This document shows positions 25,536 to 27,026 of a DNA stretch of 27,026 bases, piece by piece. Within the stretch, counting starts at the first letter, position 1, and each line of letters opens with the position of its first letter. Origin of the DNA: Candidatus Methylomirabilia bacterium (GTDB lineage Bacteria > Methylomirabilota > Methylomirabilia > Rokubacteriales > CSP1-6). Below the pieces are notes generated by a model. It was not told where the DNA came from. It did no database searches and saw nothing but the letters and a program-made list of their open reading frames with translations. The stretch spans positions 1 to 27,026 of the forward strand of contig JBGQEL010000054.1 of assembly GCA_041496385.1 (NCBI GenBank). The letters are read 5' to 3'. The position numbers were made by a program, and so were the translations under genes.

Positions 25536-26617
25536 GACTTCTCATCGCGACGATCTTCGTCCTCGGCGCGCTGTGGCCCGCGCCGGCCCCCGCGAACCAC
25601 TTCGACGCCAAGGCGCAGGCGGAGTTCCGGGCGGCGCTCGAGGACGCGAAGAAGGCGGAGGGCGACAGGCTCATCGGCTACGACCATCAGCCAAACTACG
25701 CGAACTGGGGCGGGGTGCAAAAGTTCTTCACGGACAAGTACGGTGTGATCTGGCCGCCCGACATGAAGTCGAGCGTGACCGCCATGGCGGCGCTGATCGC
25801 GGAGCAACCGAAGCCCCAGGCGTCGATCGTCTACTACAACGCGGCGATCGGCTCACAGGCCGCCGAGCGCGGCCTGCACGAGCCCTACAAGCCGAAGGGC
25901 TGGGACCTGATCCCGAAGGAGCACAAGGACCCCGACGGCCGCTGGTTCAACATCCACTACGGCACGATCGCGTTCGTCGTGAACACGAAGGCGCTGGCCG
26001 TGGCGAAGGTCGCCCCGCCCAAGTGCTGGAGCGACCTGATCAAGCCGGAGTACAAGAATCTCGTGGCCTACGACGATCCGACCGTGCAGGGCACGGCGTT
26101 CGACGCGATCTTCACGGCGCTGTGGGTGCACGGGGGCTCGTACGACAACTTCACCCCCGGCATCGAGTACTTGAAGAAACTCCATCCCAACGTCATCTCG
26201 TACAACAAGGAGACGTCCTACAACCCGTCGCTCCGCGGCGAGATCCCGATCTGGATCCACGCGGACGGCAGCGGGTACAAGATGAAGCATCACGACGGCG
26301 GCCCGATCGAGGTGGTGATTCCCTGCGAGGGCACGACCGTCTTCCCGCTCAACGTGGCGCTCGTGAAGAACGCGCCGACGCCACGGCTGGCCAAGGCCGC
26401 GCTCGATTGGCTGAACACCGAGGAGGCCCAGCGCGTCTTCGCGGAGTCCTTCTTTCGCCCGATCCATCCGGGCGCGCTGACGCCGGAGATCTCGGCGAAG
26501 ATGAAGCCGCTCTCGGGCTCGTACGACACGCTGAAGCCCTACGACCTGCCGCGGAAGGTGAAGATGGTGGATGCCTACAAGAAGGCCTGGATCGAGCAGG
26601 TTCGGCGCGCGCGGTGA
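25532..26617 (+). CDS. ABC substrate-binding protein (PBP2, Fe3+/polyamine/phosphonate-like family)
   Basis: GGGAGG RBS and ATGA overlap; signal MRLLIATIFVLGALWPAPAPA; KDPDGRW, PKCWSDL, VIPCEGT. Confidence 0.88.
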   Translation: MRLLIATIFVLGALWPAPAPANHFDAKAQAEFRAALEDAKKAEGDRLIGYDHQPNYANWGGVQKFFTDKYGVIWPPDMKSSVTAMAALIAEQPKPQASIVYYNAAIGSQAAERGLHEPYKPKGWDLIPKEHKDPDGRWFNIHYGTIAFVVNTKALAVAKVAPPKCWSDLIKPEYKNLVAYDDPTVQGTAFDAIFTALWVHGGSYDNFTPGIEYLKKLHPNVISYNKETSYNPSLRGEIPIWIHADGSGYKMKHHDGGPIEVVIPCEGTTVFPLNVALVKNAPTPRLAKAALDWLNTEEAQRVFAESFFRPIHPGALTPEISAKMKPLSGSYDTLKPYDLPRKVKMVDAYKKAWIEQVRRAR

Positions 26618-26648
26618 AGACGACGGCGACGAGGAGGGAGCGACGAGG

Positions 26649-27026
26649 GTGAGGGTGCGTATCGGCGGCCCGCTGCTGGTGGTGCCGCTCGTCGCCTTCC
26701 TGGTCGTCTTTCTGCTGTACCCGCTCTGCTACCTGGTCGCGAACAGCCTCGTGCCCGGCGGCGGCGTGCTCGAGGGGCGGACGAAGCAGGTGGGTGGGTG
26801 GAGCCCGGCGCAGTGGCTGCACACCGCGACCCCGGAGAACTACGTCAAGCTCTTCCAGGATCGGTACTACCTCGCGTCGCTCCTCAACAGCGTCCTTCTG
26901 TCGCTCGGGGTCGCGGTCGGCTCCGTCGCGCTCTGCATCGCGCCGGCCTGGGTCCTGGTGCGGACGCAGTTCCGGGGGAAGCGGCTCTTTCGCGCCGTGC
27001 TGACGATCCCGATGGCGTTCTCGGGC
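26649..27026 (+). CDS. ABC permease, 3'-truncated by window
   Basis: VRVRIGGPLLVVPLVAFLVVFLLYPL...ENYVKLFQDRYYLASLLNSVLLS...FRGKRLFRAVLTIPMAFSG, open to the window end. Not in the ORF track. Confidence 0.85.
   Translation, partial: MRVRIGGPLLVVPLVAFLVVFLLYPLCYLVANSLVPGGGVLEGRTKQVGGWSPAQWLHTATPENYVKLFQDRYYLASLLNSVLLSLGVAVGSVALCIAPAWVLVRTQFRGKRLFRAVLTIPMAFSG

Overview
High-GC (roughly 70% by eye) bacterial window, densely coding on the + strand. The first ~8.2 kb holds a partial BNR-repeat protein with a MoaD/ThiS gene, DoxX, a fatty acid desaturase, a cluster of small unknown proteins (two divergent RHH-like ORFs, a lipoprotein with a signal-less paralog, a mini wHTH), an MFS transporter, a family III CoA-transferase and an MBL hydrolase. 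An arsenic island follows: arsC, a cyclodeaminase/cyclohydrolase, arsI/cadI, a second MoaD/ThiS, a collapsed formate-dehydrogenase-alpha relic, and aioB-aioA with a secreted pentapeptide-repeat protein and an aquaglyceroporin. The final ~11 kb is an ArsR-headed run: a HAAT (Liv-type) ABC importer with frameshifted livH and a Cys-containing binding protein, a Tat-less Psr/Phs/Arr-like molybdoenzyme with a 4x[4Fe-4S] subunit and NarI-like anchor, and a second ABC importer cut by the window end. The most interesting candidate system is this importer plus cytoplasm-facing molybdoenzyme. With ArsI, the aquaglyceroporin and AioBA it could form an organoarsenical uptake-reduction-demethylation-oxidation pathway (inference). 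A shared TATAnAT-N8-ATnTATA palindrome sits in three AT-rich promoter islands. I recognised no rRNA, tRNA, CRISPR array or transposase. All calls come from motif recognition, not database searches.
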